DNA of 64,000 nucleotides from an uncultured Bacteriovoracaceae bacterium (GCA_964655245.1 CAZZLQ010000003.1:1887-65886); one strand, 5' to 3'; shown: positions 32,880 through 42,272, numbered from the stretch's first letter. A program made the numbers and translations. The notes: generated from the sequence alone by a model not told the origin.

Positions 32880-35699
32880 ATGCTGAGCCGTTTCATCCGC
32901 ACAAGAAAAATTCGAGCATTCACTCTCACCGAGTTCATGGTGTCTTTTGGCATTCTGGCCATTCTCGTTCTCGTTCTCGTGTTTGGAGTTGGCCGACTCA
33001 GAAGCACTCAAAGGAACGAACGACTTCGAGTTGATTTCCTTAACAGTCTAACGAATCTCAGAGCTGAATTCAAAAAGGACATTGAGGTTGCGCTTCTCAA
33101 CAATAGCCCTACGGCTGATGTGAATGTTTCCACGACGAATCAAAGTCGATTCTATGGAATTGGAACAAACATTGATACCACCGAGCAGTTTAGCTTTCAG
33201 ATCTTTAAGCCTCTTCATCAATCACTGACTCTGCCAGTAAAAGCTAACTCGCAAACCAATACTCTCACCATCGTTCCGTCCTCATCCGCCAGCGCCGCTA
33301 ACGAACGCACCTATCTGCAGCGAGCTCTGACCTCAGGAAAGTATTTTGTCATTTCGAATCAAACAGCTCAGGCGATTTTTGAGAGGCCCGCATCGTCATC
33401 CTCCAACAGTTCCTCCGCTCTCAGACTAGGCGCAATTCCCGCTGTGTCTTCATTTGGGACTCAGTTCACCGCGCAGAGCAATATGATTCGAACGGCCGAA
33501 AAAGTGACATTCGATTGGAATCAATCAAGCAAACTTCTGACTCGAACGTCGGATTACAGAACTGATTCCGCTCCCACGCAAGAACTGCTCTTCTCTAATG
33601 TGCTCGACTTTCGGGTGGGCTATACCTTTCGAACAAGGCAGGATACAGGAGTACAGGACAATGCCATCATTCCATCAAGGCCTGTGGGAATCCTCAGTGC
33701 ACTTAATCTACCCAATACTCTCGATGAGGCTTGGGCTCTGTCCAACTGCGTCGTCTCTGGACAACCCGCTGTTGTCAACGGACAGATCGTGCCGAACTGC
33801 GTAAAGCCCAAGAATATTGATCGCATTTATGTTCACCTTAAGATTCAAACTGATTTGCCAGTATCTCAGTTCGCCAGTCTGGATGCCGGAATCGAGGGCC
33901 TTCGAGTTCGCTTTGATTCCGCAACAAATGCAGCTCTTGTTGATTTCGAGCTCAGCTCACGAGCGTTCTCCCTCATGCAAGTGGCGCTCGCGAGCGGACA
34001 AAACATTACCTGTCAGCCAAACTCGGCAAGTCATTGTAAGCCAGAATGCTCCGAGATTTTTACGTCGCGCAATTCCAACGACGCCAATTGGATTGGCTAT
34101 GGTCGATATCGAGGTCATCCCCAAGGAGCTTCAGACTATTGCCTGTGTTGGACCGATCATGCGACGAATCAGATTGAAACAACAATGGGCAACTGGAGTC
34201 TTTTGCCCAACTGGACCGCCGGCGGAGACAACACACCTGAGAATAATCAAGTGGAGGCCTGCGGAAGACACTACGGTTGTGATGCAACCTTTCTGAGGCC
34301 TGATAACAATTGGCAAAGTGCGACCCCTGGACGAATCGTTCATCCGGGCTACAAACTGGCGTGCGATTGTTTGCAAGGTCCAAGCACAAACACCAACTTC
34401 TTTGTCAATCGCACAACTGATTTCAAACCCCGTTTCGACTCATCCACCGGACCACAACAAGGCGGCTTTACACTCAATAGCACGATCACTCAGTACAAAA
34501 ACAATTCAACATCGAATCCCTATCTGGAGCCTCAAGATCGCCATCTGAGTTGCGAGAAGCCGAGTCAATGTATCACGTCAATGAATCGCTACTATGGAAT
34601 TCCAAGTACAAGCACGGCCGCTCAGGATACCTTGAATGCTCGCTGCGGCTGTCTCACTCAGAACATTCCTTGGTCCTGTGACACTCGAAATCCCTCTCAA
34701 GCGCAAAGTGATGCCTCTTGCCGATCCGCCACCGGCAGTATCATTTCCTATCAAGAGCTGAACTTTGCAAGACTCTGCAACAGAGACTACCGACACAATT
34801 CGAATCAAAACCCCCTGTCATGTCCCAACACTTGGGCGCCGCGGGACCAAACGGGCACGGTCAATCTCCCTCACTTCAACTTAAGTCTCGATGTCTTTGC
34901 CACTAACAATCCTGATCCCGCTCTACCAGCCGATCGATACAATATTGAAAATGCTTCAGGCAATATCGCCTTCTCTCGCCGCTTTGGCATCACCAGAACC
35001 GTGGCCGAAACTTGCGAATGCTTAGCAAACAATATCGCTGGCGAATTTCATACAACGGGCAGTGGCAGCTCGCTGAGCTATGGTTATAGCCCGAATCTCG
35101 ACACGAGCAATAATCCCAATACAAACACTCTCTATCCGCCAACTCTGGTCGAAGGTATCGCCAACCTAGATTTTCGAGCTCCAAACAGGGCCCCCACAAC
35201 TGCAGTGTCAGGCCTAAGCTCTCCGGCATTTCCCACGAGCCATCCAATGATGTCAGTCTCCTATCCTACTTTCGGCTCCAATGTTTCTCAAACATCTCCC
35301 AACTACTCTGTGGTGACCACTGATGGCGCAGGTGCGAGGACATTTAGTACGTGGGCTCCGAGCCAAAGCTGCGGTGCCAATCACTGTACCATCAACACAA
35401 GCGCCGGACTGGGCTGCTGCCTTCAACAGCAAGCTTCAAACGTCGCATCAATCACTGCGGTCAGCAATTTGCTACAGCCTTGGAATGGATTCTGTCGGAC
35501 AGCAATCCTGCCAACGTGCACCGCCATCGGCGCCGTAGGGAGCACCACCATAATTGCCCAGAATGCAGTCTCAGCAGAAATGAATAGCATCCGTCGGTAC
35601 ATCACCCAGCGAACAAATCCCACCGGTGCTGCTAACTCAAATGCCAATCTCCCCGCTGATTGCGGTGGACCAGCAGGATCCGGAGTGGCTGGACAATAG
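32880..35699 (+). CDS. giant modular type IV pilin-like protein 2
   Basis: ORF track frame 32781..35699; probable start ATG 32880 with SD AGGAG (32868-32872); leader 'MLSRFIRTRKIRA|FTLTEFMVSFGILAILVLVLVFG' (A at -1, E+5); paralog of pilins 1 and 3. Confidence 0.6.
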   Translation: MLSRFIRTRKIRAFTLTEFMVSFGILAILVLVLVFGVGRLRSTQRNERLRVDFLNSLTNLRAEFKKDIEVALLNNSPTADVNVSTTNQSRFYGIGTNIDTTEQFSFQIFKPLHQSLTLPVKANSQTNTLTIVPSSSASAANERTYLQRALTSGKYFVISNQTAQAIFERPASSSSNSSSALRLGAIPAVSSFGTQFTAQSNMIRTAEKVTFDWNQSSKLLTRTSDYRTDSAPTQELLFSNVLDFRVGYTFRTRQDTGVQDNAIIPSRPVGILSALNLPNTLDEAWALSNCVVSGQPAVVNGQIVPNCVKPKNIDRIYVHLKIQTDLPVSQFASLDAGIEGLRVRFDSATNAALVDFELSSRAFSLMQVALASGQNITCQPNSASHCKPECSEIFTSRNSNDANWIGYGRYRGHPQGASDYCLCWTDHATNQIETTMGNWSLLPNWTAGGDNTPENNQVEACGRHYGCDATFLRPDNNWQSATPGRIVHPGYKLACDCLQGPSTNTNFFVNRTTDFKPRFDSSTGPQQGGFTLNSTITQYKNNSTSNPYLEPQDRHLSCEKPSQCITSMNRYYGIPSTSTAAQDTLNARCGCLTQNIPWSCDTRNPSQAQSDASCRSATGSIISYQELNFARLCNRDYRHNSNQNPLSCPNTWAPRDQTGTVNLPHFNLSLDVFATNNPDPALPADRYNIENASGNIAFSRRFGITRTVAETCECLANNIAGEFHTTGSGSSLSYGYSPNLDTSNNPNTNTLYPPTLVEGIANLDFRAPNRAPTTAVSGLSSPAFPTSHPMMSVSYPTFGSNVSQTSPNYSVVTTDGAGARTFSTWAPSQSCGANHCTINTSAGLGCCLQQQASNVASITAVSNLLQPWNGFCRTAILPTCTAIGAVGSTTIIAQNAVSAEMNSIRRYITQRTNPTGAANSNANLPADCGGPAGSGVAGQ

Positions 35700-35724
35700 A
35701 GACAGGTGTGAAGAAGGAGTTCTT

Positions 35725-37416
35725 ATGATGGCAATCACTCAAACAAAAATCAAAAAACAAAATCGCGGAATGGCTTTGATGCTGATTCTCGGATCTCTTT
35801 TGTTGGCGACGGCCGCTTTTGTGGGATTCTATCGAGCCTCTCAAAGCTTTCTTCGAAAAACGACGAGCTATGCTTCTCAAGTGCAGACGGAGTTTGATAG
35901 CGCTCACCTTGCCGAACGAACACGACGAGCGATCCTGAGAGAGGCTCAAATGAGAATGGCTGGCAATGGCGCCACCAATCTCATGAATACTCTCACTCCT
36001 GAGGTCCTTCAAACTTCTGTTTTTTTGCAACCCGGTGAAAGAATCTTGCAGGTTCGATGCCTTGGACAAGGAGCAGAAGATGCCTTCCAGCATGAAGTTT
36101 GCACAGCTTCAAGCGTCCTGCCCAAAGTCCTAGAGTTCTCTGTTCAATCGACGGATCCTAGCACTCAACAAATGAGAGTCGTTCGACAGGAAATCCATCT
36201 TAACAATCCCTCGCTGAACAATTACGCCTTTCTCATTCGAGCGGAGGATCGAGAGCAACAGTTTACGCTCTTTCCAGCCACGTATGCAGGCCTCTATGGA
36301 ATCATTTTCACCAACCCCAATCTCGTCCTTCCACCCCCCTCGGGAAGCTCCATTTCACCTCGCAGAATCAAACTGGCTCCGGATCAGTACACGGGAAATC
36401 TCATTTTTCAGAAGGCTTTCATCACTAATCTTCCGAACCCCCGGGACCAAATTGAGATCCCCAGCTCCGCTGCCAACTATCTCCAAATGCCAGCAGGTGT
36501 AGTCTCGGCAGCCACTGGCGGTCTAGACTTTGGTCGAGTCAACTCAGTCTATGACGATCTCAAAAGCTCCGCCGTCAATGCCTCAGCGCTCGCTACTCTC
36601 CCACCAGGAACAGTGATCAACTGCTCAAGAGTAACCCTCATGAGAAGTGCGTCGCGCGTTCGATATCAAAACTTCAGTGATACTGGGTGCACAACGGCCA
36701 TTGACTCACCCACAGAGTATCCCATGCAAGCCAACCAATCGATTTATGCTCGGGGCCAAAACGTTCTTCTCAATTCCGAAGTCACCTCAGGCGGAATAAC
36801 ATCCGACAATGGCATGACCAAAGTAGATAATATCGCCATTGTCGCCGATGGAACCGTCCAACTCCTCAGCTCCATTCGAAGGGATTCAACCATGGATCCC
36901 CTCAGCGGATATCCTGCGGTGATGACACCCGGACAGCTGATGATTTCTCAAAACATGACGACCTTGCTGAGCGGATCTCAAACTCTGGGGCAGATAACTC
37001 AAAATCAAGGTCTTTCATCAAGCAGTACTAATCCAACGATTCAAGTGGACCTCAGTTTCATCGCTGCGGGAAACAGTCTCGGCCAAGCCAACGTCGTCGT
37101 CGATCCTCAACTCTTTGGATCAAGTGGAGTGCAGTCAGCTGGAAATGCTGTCAGCCTGGGCAAAGCCGTCTTCAATGGAATGTACATCAGCGACAAAGTG
37201 CCAACGACTCGAGTTGTTTATAGTAGCGTGATAACGGACGGATTTAACAAGATCGATTGGACTCATCCAGCGGCGCTTTCGTCTGTCCAAACCGATTGGT
37301 TCTCAGCACAATTGGGAGGAGGTGCACTTCAGGCTTCAGTTGTACGATCCGAGCAGACGACTCTCGATTTGAGTCAGGCTCTGAGCGCCTTCAATGGACC
37401 CTCAATGGGGAACTGA
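35725..37416 (+). CDS. PilX-N-like transmembrane protein 2, coupled to modular pilin 2
   Basis: Start ATG 35725 with SD AAGGAG (35714-35719), 25 nt after the pilin stop; N-term 'KQNRGMALMLILGSLLLATAAFVGFY'; paralog of the 31074 and 40424 genes. Confidence 0.55.
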   Translation: MMAITQTKIKKQNRGMALMLILGSLLLATAAFVGFYRASQSFLRKTTSYASQVQTEFDSAHLAERTRRAILREAQMRMAGNGATNLMNTLTPEVLQTSVFLQPGERILQVRCLGQGAEDAFQHEVCTASSVLPKVLEFSVQSTDPSTQQMRVVRQEIHLNNPSLNNYAFLIRAEDREQQFTLFPATYAGLYGIIFTNPNLVLPPPSGSSISPRRIKLAPDQYTGNLIFQKAFITNLPNPRDQIEIPSSAANYLQMPAGVVSAATGGLDFGRVNSVYDDLKSSAVNASALATLPPGTVINCSRVTLMRSASRVRYQNFSDTGCTTAIDSPTEYPMQANQSIYARGQNVLLNSEVTSGGITSDNGMTKVDNIAIVADGTVQLLSSIRRDSTMDPLSGYPAVMTPGQLMISQNMTTLLSGSQTLGQITQNQGLSSSSTNPTIQVDLSFIAAGNSLGQANVVVDPQLFGSSGVQSAGNAVSLGKAVFNGMYISDKVPTTRVVYSSVITDGFNKIDWTHPAALSSVQTDWFSAQLGGGALQASVVRSEQTTLDLSQALSAFNGPSMGN

Positions 37417-37520
37417 AATGCCTATGAAAGCTTTGCACTCTTCGGACAATTTTGGTCCCTCCTCGCAAGCCATCTCAGCCAAAACCCTGACGGTAAGCGC
37501 CTAAACCTCGATAGAGCACG

Positions 37521-37536
37521 GGGCATTAGTTTTGCA
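37521..37536 (+). promoter_or_regulatory. sigma-54-type -24/-12 element (GGGCATTAGTTTTGCA) before modular pilin 3
   Basis: GG-N10-GC spacing with perfect TTGCA; 17 nt upstream of the GTG start at 37554. Confidence 0.45.
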
Positions 37537-37553
37537 GTCGCTAAACGGTTGGC

Positions 37554-40424
37554 GTGGTTTGGCAACGATCGATATGGAATCCCCAGAAGGGATTTAGTCT
37601 TACGGAATTGCTCATCTCAATAGCACTTCTGAGTCTTCTCGTTGCGGTGGCCTACCTCGGCGTTTCAAGCTTACGAGAACGGCGAAACATTGAATCTGCG
37701 AGACTGAACTTTTTCCGAACTGCCGCGGAGATCAAAAACAAAATCAAAGATGATATCGAAGTGGCTATTCTCAACAACGGTTTTACTGCCTCAAGAAACC
37801 TATCCGCTCAGCAATTACAAAATGCTAATAGCCAAAAGTATTTTGGCCTCGGAACAAGCTTCCTCACGAATGACTATGCCAACGTCGAGCTCCAGATCTT
37901 TAAGCCATTCAATCAATCTCTGTCCGTTCCCGTTCGAGTTGATGCCAAAAAGGCTCGGATCCTGGGATGGCCGAACGGCTTGGACGCCACCTCCAGACAG
38001 TACTGGGAAAAAGCAGCAACGTCGGCCAACTATTTTGTGATTAGTAATGAACGAAAAAACATTATCTTCCCGCGAGGGTCACAGAGCTCAGCTTCCGCGG
38101 CGCAGGCCGAAATATTTCCGATGACTTCCTCAGCCCTCGACGGAACGCCGTTTAGCAGCCCATCAGCAGTTGCGGATTTCAGTCAGTCGGCCAACATTAT
38201 TCGAACCGTTGAGAAAGTTCGCTATGTTTACGATTCCGAGACTCAGCGCCTGACTCGCTCGGGTCACTATCAGCAAAATCAAAATAGTCAGAGCCTTATC
38301 GCTGACAGAGTTCTTGGCTTTCGCGTTGGCTACACTTTCAAACGCATGGACGCCAATGATCTTGCCATTCTCCCCCCTGATCCCGAAACTGATCCCACTG
38401 ATCCCGAAACTGCCCCTTCCGCCCGAAATCTACCCAACAGCTTTACTGAGGCCTGGGCAGTTTCGAATTGTGCAGGAACAGGAAATCCCATCGATGCATC
38501 AGGTCAGATCATTCCAACATGTGTGAAGCCCCAAAACATCAATGATGTTTACATCAGCCTCACTATGGAAACCGATCTTCCGATGCGTGCAGCTCAAGCG
38601 TTGGATCAATACGAAGATATGCAGATCGAAATGGGTGGCAATATCGAGACCAATCAAGTGATTGCGACGATTAGCTTTCGAATCAAGCCTCGAAGTTTTT
38701 CAAACTCGCTGGGCAGCGATCTCGCTTCAGGCCAAGCTGTCACCTGTGCCGCGACGGAAGCGAACCGATGTAAGCCATCTTGCACAGCGGCCTTCAAGAA
38801 TCTCAACCGAAATGCTGATGATTGGGTTGGCTACGGACGATACGTTGGGCATCCGGATGGAGCATCGAGCTACTGCAAGTGCTGGACAGACCCTGATACC
38901 AATGAAGTTCATCTGGGAGATTGGACAAGAATTCCTCAGTGGAGTAGCGCCCCCACAGCCGAGCAAAAATCCCGAACGGAAGCTTGCGGCCTTGAGTATG
39001 GCTGCCATTGGGGAACCGTTTGGAAGCATGAAGGTTATCAGCTCGCGTGCAATTGTCTTCGCACACAAGACGCCGTGAGCGAGCATTTCGTTCTTCGTGA
39101 CGACCAAAACAGACCTTCGTTTGCCAACGCGACTGCATCTGAAACCGGCGGATTTGCTCTGCGCAATCTCAATTGGAGTGATCCGCATCTCTCCAGCATC
39201 AAAGACGATGGAGCTCTGAGCAAAGCCATTCGTTGCTACAACTATCCTGCCTGTTGGGCTGCCATGACCACGTACTTCAATGAAATTGGTCAAGGAGGCG
39301 AATTACCAAGTGGCACTCCCGAGAACAACTTGTTTACCGAACGATGCCAATGTCTTTCACGAGATATCCCCTACGCTTGTGATGTCAAAACAATCTCTGA
39401 GGGAGAAAAACCTTCAGATGCTTGTCTCAACAGTGAGGGCGAAGCAATCGCCCGAGGCTATATTGACTTCTCCAAGATCTGCAACCAAAACGCCCGAAAC
39501 GGCACAGGACCTGTAGCTTGCGTGAACACTTGGATGAGCAAAGCCCCCTCCGGAGAGGTCATGATGCCACCGTTCAATGCCAATCTTAGTGAAAATCTTA
39601 CAGATTTTCGAAACCCTCTAGGCATCCAGATCAACGATGAGGGATTCTACTTTGGCTACGGCTCAGGTGACTTTGCTTCTAAACTGGGGCTGGAGGAGGA
39701 TCTGATCAAAGCCTGCGAGTGCATGGAAAAGCGCGTTTCAGGACAACAACAAGGCACATCCTTCCAAGAAGTTAACGATCCAAGCTCCTTCATCTATCCT
39801 TCGTGGCCTGGCTATCTCGACTTCCGACTGCCAAGCACAACTACGCAGAGCTACTCTCCACCTGGTTACCAGCGACTCTACGCAACAGATGGCTCCTACA
39901 AAGACAGCACGATTCCCACCTATAAAGTTGTGACCCGAACTCAGTTTACTTATCACACCGTTCGACCGGCTGATTGCACAAGCTGGGGATCCTGGGTGAT
40001 CGGCGAATGCAAACTCGGTGGAGCGTTTCGACTTTGCGATAGTAGTTTTTGGCCAGAAGCTCTCTCAGACGCCAATCGAGATACGATGATTGGGCAGTGC
40101 CGAGTTTCTGCAGCGAACAATTCCGCATTCACTGGTGTCCCTACTCTGATTGAACGAACTGAAGATGCCTCAAACACCTGCGGCGACAATCTCTGCAGAA
40201 TGGGATTTGGCGGAACTCACTGCTGTACGAACCAATATCCAGATGCCAATGGCTTGATCTATGACTCGATGGAGAGCTGGAGTGGCTACTGCAGAGCTGA
40301 GTGCGGGGGATCCAATTACCAAATGGATCGGGTCAACAATCTCAGAGATCTGATCACAGAGGTTCCGGGACTGCCCTTTGGATGCGGTGGAAATCAGCAA
40401 TCTAACGGCGAGGGAGCTCTGTAA
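37554..40424 (+). CDS. giant modular type IV pilin-like protein 3
   Basis: GTG start; leader 'MVWQRSIWNPQKG|FSLTELLISIALLSLLVAVAYLG'; paralog of pilins 1 and 2; contains a DPETDPT tandem peptide repeat and a Cys-rich C-terminal half. Confidence 0.6.
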   Translation: MVWQRSIWNPQKGFSLTELLISIALLSLLVAVAYLGVSSLRERRNIESARLNFFRTAAEIKNKIKDDIEVAILNNGFTASRNLSAQQLQNANSQKYFGLGTSFLTNDYANVELQIFKPFNQSLSVPVRVDAKKARILGWPNGLDATSRQYWEKAATSANYFVISNERKNIIFPRGSQSSASAAQAEIFPMTSSALDGTPFSSPSAVADFSQSANIIRTVEKVRYVYDSETQRLTRSGHYQQNQNSQSLIADRVLGFRVGYTFKRMDANDLAILPPDPETDPTDPETAPSARNLPNSFTEAWAVSNCAGTGNPIDASGQIIPTCVKPQNINDVYISLTMETDLPMRAAQALDQYEDMQIEMGGNIETNQVIATISFRIKPRSFSNSLGSDLASGQAVTCAATEANRCKPSCTAAFKNLNRNADDWVGYGRYVGHPDGASSYCKCWTDPDTNEVHLGDWTRIPQWSSAPTAEQKSRTEACGLEYGCHWGTVWKHEGYQLACNCLRTQDAVSEHFVLRDDQNRPSFANATASETGGFALRNLNWSDPHLSSIKDDGALSKAIRCYNYPACWAAMTTYFNEIGQGGELPSGTPENNLFTERCQCLSRDIPYACDVKTISEGEKPSDACLNSEGEAIARGYIDFSKICNQNARNGTGPVACVNTWMSKAPSGEVMMPPFNANLSENLTDFRNPLGIQINDEGFYFGYGSGDFASKLGLEEDLIKACECMEKRVSGQQQGTSFQEVNDPSSFIYPSWPGYLDFRLPSTTTQSYSPPGYQRLYATDGSYKDSTIPTYKVVTRTQFTYHTVRPADCTSWGSWVIGECKLGGAFRLCDSSFWPEALSDANRDTMIGQCRVSAANNSAFTGVPTLIERTEDASNTCGDNLCRMGFGGTHCCTNQYPDANGLIYDSMESWSGYCRAECGGSNYQMDRVNNLRDLITEVPGLPFGCGGNQQSNGEGAL

Positions 40425-42106
40425 TGAAACGAGGTCACTCTATGACTTTCTCTTCCCTTCAACGGAAGCAATCTAACGGAATGGCAATCGTCGTCGTCCT
40501 AGGAATACTTCTGATCGGGATAGGATTAATGATTGGTTTCATGAAGAGCTCTGCTCGATTCAATCAAAGCAATGTGCAACGCTCCGCTAAAATTCAATCA
40601 GATCTAAAGACAGACAGTCTTTCGGACCGCTTGCGAAGAGCGATACTCCAAGAGGTTCAAGCCCGAATGGCTGAAACGGGAATGACTCAAGCAACGGTTA
40701 GCCTGGGTGGACAGCAAATCCTCGACTCTCAATCCATCCAACGTCTTCCCATGGAAGTCAATCAACGGATCTTATCCATTCGATGCATTGGACAAGGCAG
40801 CACGCCCTCGGGTGTCTGCACAAGCCAAAACATTCTTCCAAAGATTTATGATTTTGCCGTGCAAACCATCGATCAAGATACCGGAACCATCACAATGGCA
40901 CATACAGAGTTCCAAATTCAAAATGCAAGCTTGAGCTCATACGCTTTCTTTATCAAAAATGAAATGGCCCCATCTGTGACTTTGGGATCCGCCATCTTTG
41001 ATGGGATTTTTGGAATCAACTTTGCTCCAACTCCTAATGGTCAAACTCCTCCCCCCCAGCAGCGCATACGATTTCGACCAGGAGCCGGCAATATCACCTT
41101 CAAAAATGTTTTAATGACCAATCTTCCCAATCCCCAAACTCAGTTTGATCTGCAACAAAACTCTCAAGTTCATTTCGAGCAAGGTGTGATCTCAAATCCT
41201 GAGGGGGTAAGCTTCTCCAATCTCGACAACCTTCATAACACCCTCGTCAATCAAGCTGTGAATGCTGGGTTCTCTGCACCCCCAGGAACTCCGACGCCTG
41301 AGTGCTCATCCATCGTCCTTCAGAGTGATGGAAAGCTCCAGTACAATGAATTTTCTGATGTCGCCTGCGAGGATTCTTCGCTCCAAATGTCTGATATCTC
41401 GATGGTGGCAAATCAAGCCTTCTATGCTCGGGGCAACAAAGTTCTCCTCTCAGCAAACGATCCTCAAGGAATCACGAGAGTCAAAAACATTGCCATTGTC
41501 GCTCAAGGAAATGTTGAACTGAGATCATCGATCGTTCGCGATGCGGAAAATCTCAGCGCGCTTGAGGGCTATCCCACAGTGATCACTCCCGGAAATCTTG
41601 TCATTCCAAAGGAAATGAAAACCCTCCTTAACAGCGGCACCTCTACTTTAGAGGACATCAATCCTGGCGTTGGAAGTGATGTTGAATATCCAACGATTCA
41701 ACTCGATCTGAGTTATATCTCCGTCAGACCTCAAGGATCTCAAGGTGTGATGGGAGGATCGGTTAGATTTGATCCAGAGCTCAGAAATGCAGGAACAAGT
41801 GATGACGCCATCAATCTTGGCAAAGCCCACTTCAATGGTCTCTACATCAGCGAACAAACCCCCACGTCCCGAGTTCTCTTTCAAAACTCCGATCGAGTCG
41901 ACGGCTTTAAAGAAGTCAAATGGACCTACCCTCCAGCTCTGTCAGCTATCGGAACTGATTGGTTTCGAACCCAGCTCAACGGTGGGGCCCTGAGAGCCAC
42001 AGTGACTCGATACGAAAAACAGTTTACCGACGTACAACAAGCTCTGACCGCTTTTCGAGGCGGCACCTCCGTCACGGAGATCAAGCAAGCAGAGACCTTT
42101 GAGTAG
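40424..42106 (+). CDS. PilX-N-like transmembrane protein 3, coupled to modular pilin 3
   Basis: ATG overlaps the pilin 3 TAA (TAATG); N-term 'QSNGMAIVVVLGILLIGIGLMIGFM'; paralog of the 31074 and 35725 genes. Confidence 0.55.
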   Translation: MKRGHSMTFSSLQRKQSNGMAIVVVLGILLIGIGLMIGFMKSSARFNQSNVQRSAKIQSDLKTDSLSDRLRRAILQEVQARMAETGMTQATVSLGGQQILDSQSIQRLPMEVNQRILSIRCIGQGSTPSGVCTSQNILPKIYDFAVQTIDQDTGTITMAHTEFQIQNASLSSYAFFIKNEMAPSVTLGSAIFDGIFGINFAPTPNGQTPPPQQRIRFRPGAGNITFKNVLMTNLPNPQTQFDLQQNSQVHFEQGVISNPEGVSFSNLDNLHNTLVNQAVNAGFSAPPGTPTPECSSIVLQSDGKLQYNEFSDVACEDSSLQMSDISMVANQAFYARGNKVLLSANDPQGITRVKNIAIVAQGNVELRSSIVRDAENLSALEGYPTVITPGNLVIPKEMKTLLNSGTSTLEDINPGVGSDVEYPTIQLDLSYISVRPQGSQGVMGGSVRFDPELRNAGTSDDAINLGKAHFNGLYISEQTPTSRVLFQNSDRVDGFKEVKWTYPPALSAIGTDWFRTQLNGGALRATVTRYEKQFTDVQQALTAFRGGTSVTEIKQAETFE

Positions 42107-42200
42107 CGGAAACTAGACATCAGCGCCCCAGTTGCTGGCGATTGGGGCATCAAGTCCCCGCGAACCCTCATATAACATCAGTAGTTTCAATATCTTAGGC

Positions 42201-42217
42201 TTGGCAACAATCTTGCT
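42201..42217 (+). promoter_or_regulatory. sigma-54 promoter (TTGGCAACAATCTTGCT) before the MshEN-like gene
   Basis: TGGCAa-N5-TTGCt, GG (42203-42204) and GC (42215-42216) 10 nt apart; ~55 nt upstream of the ATG at 42273, which has SD AAGGGAG. Confidence 0.5.
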
Positions 42218-42272
42218 TTATGGGGTGAGATTTGGAATTCGGGGAATAAGAGTTTAAAGGGAGTAGCGTTGC

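Larger units (their letters stand above)
28288..42106 (+). repeat. three tandem, diverged copies of a two-gene cassette (giant modular pilin-like + PilX-N-like), each ~4.4-4.7 kb
   Basis: Protein-level paralogy between 28318/32880/37554 and between 31074/35725/40424 with conserved motif blocks; nucleotide identity appears low (old duplication or diversifying selection). Confidence 0.7.

Noticed and set aside
38379-38416. Possible CRISPR-like repeat
   Set aside because: Only two short tandem copies within a coding sequence, translating to a peptide repeat; no spacer-repeat array anywhere in the window.
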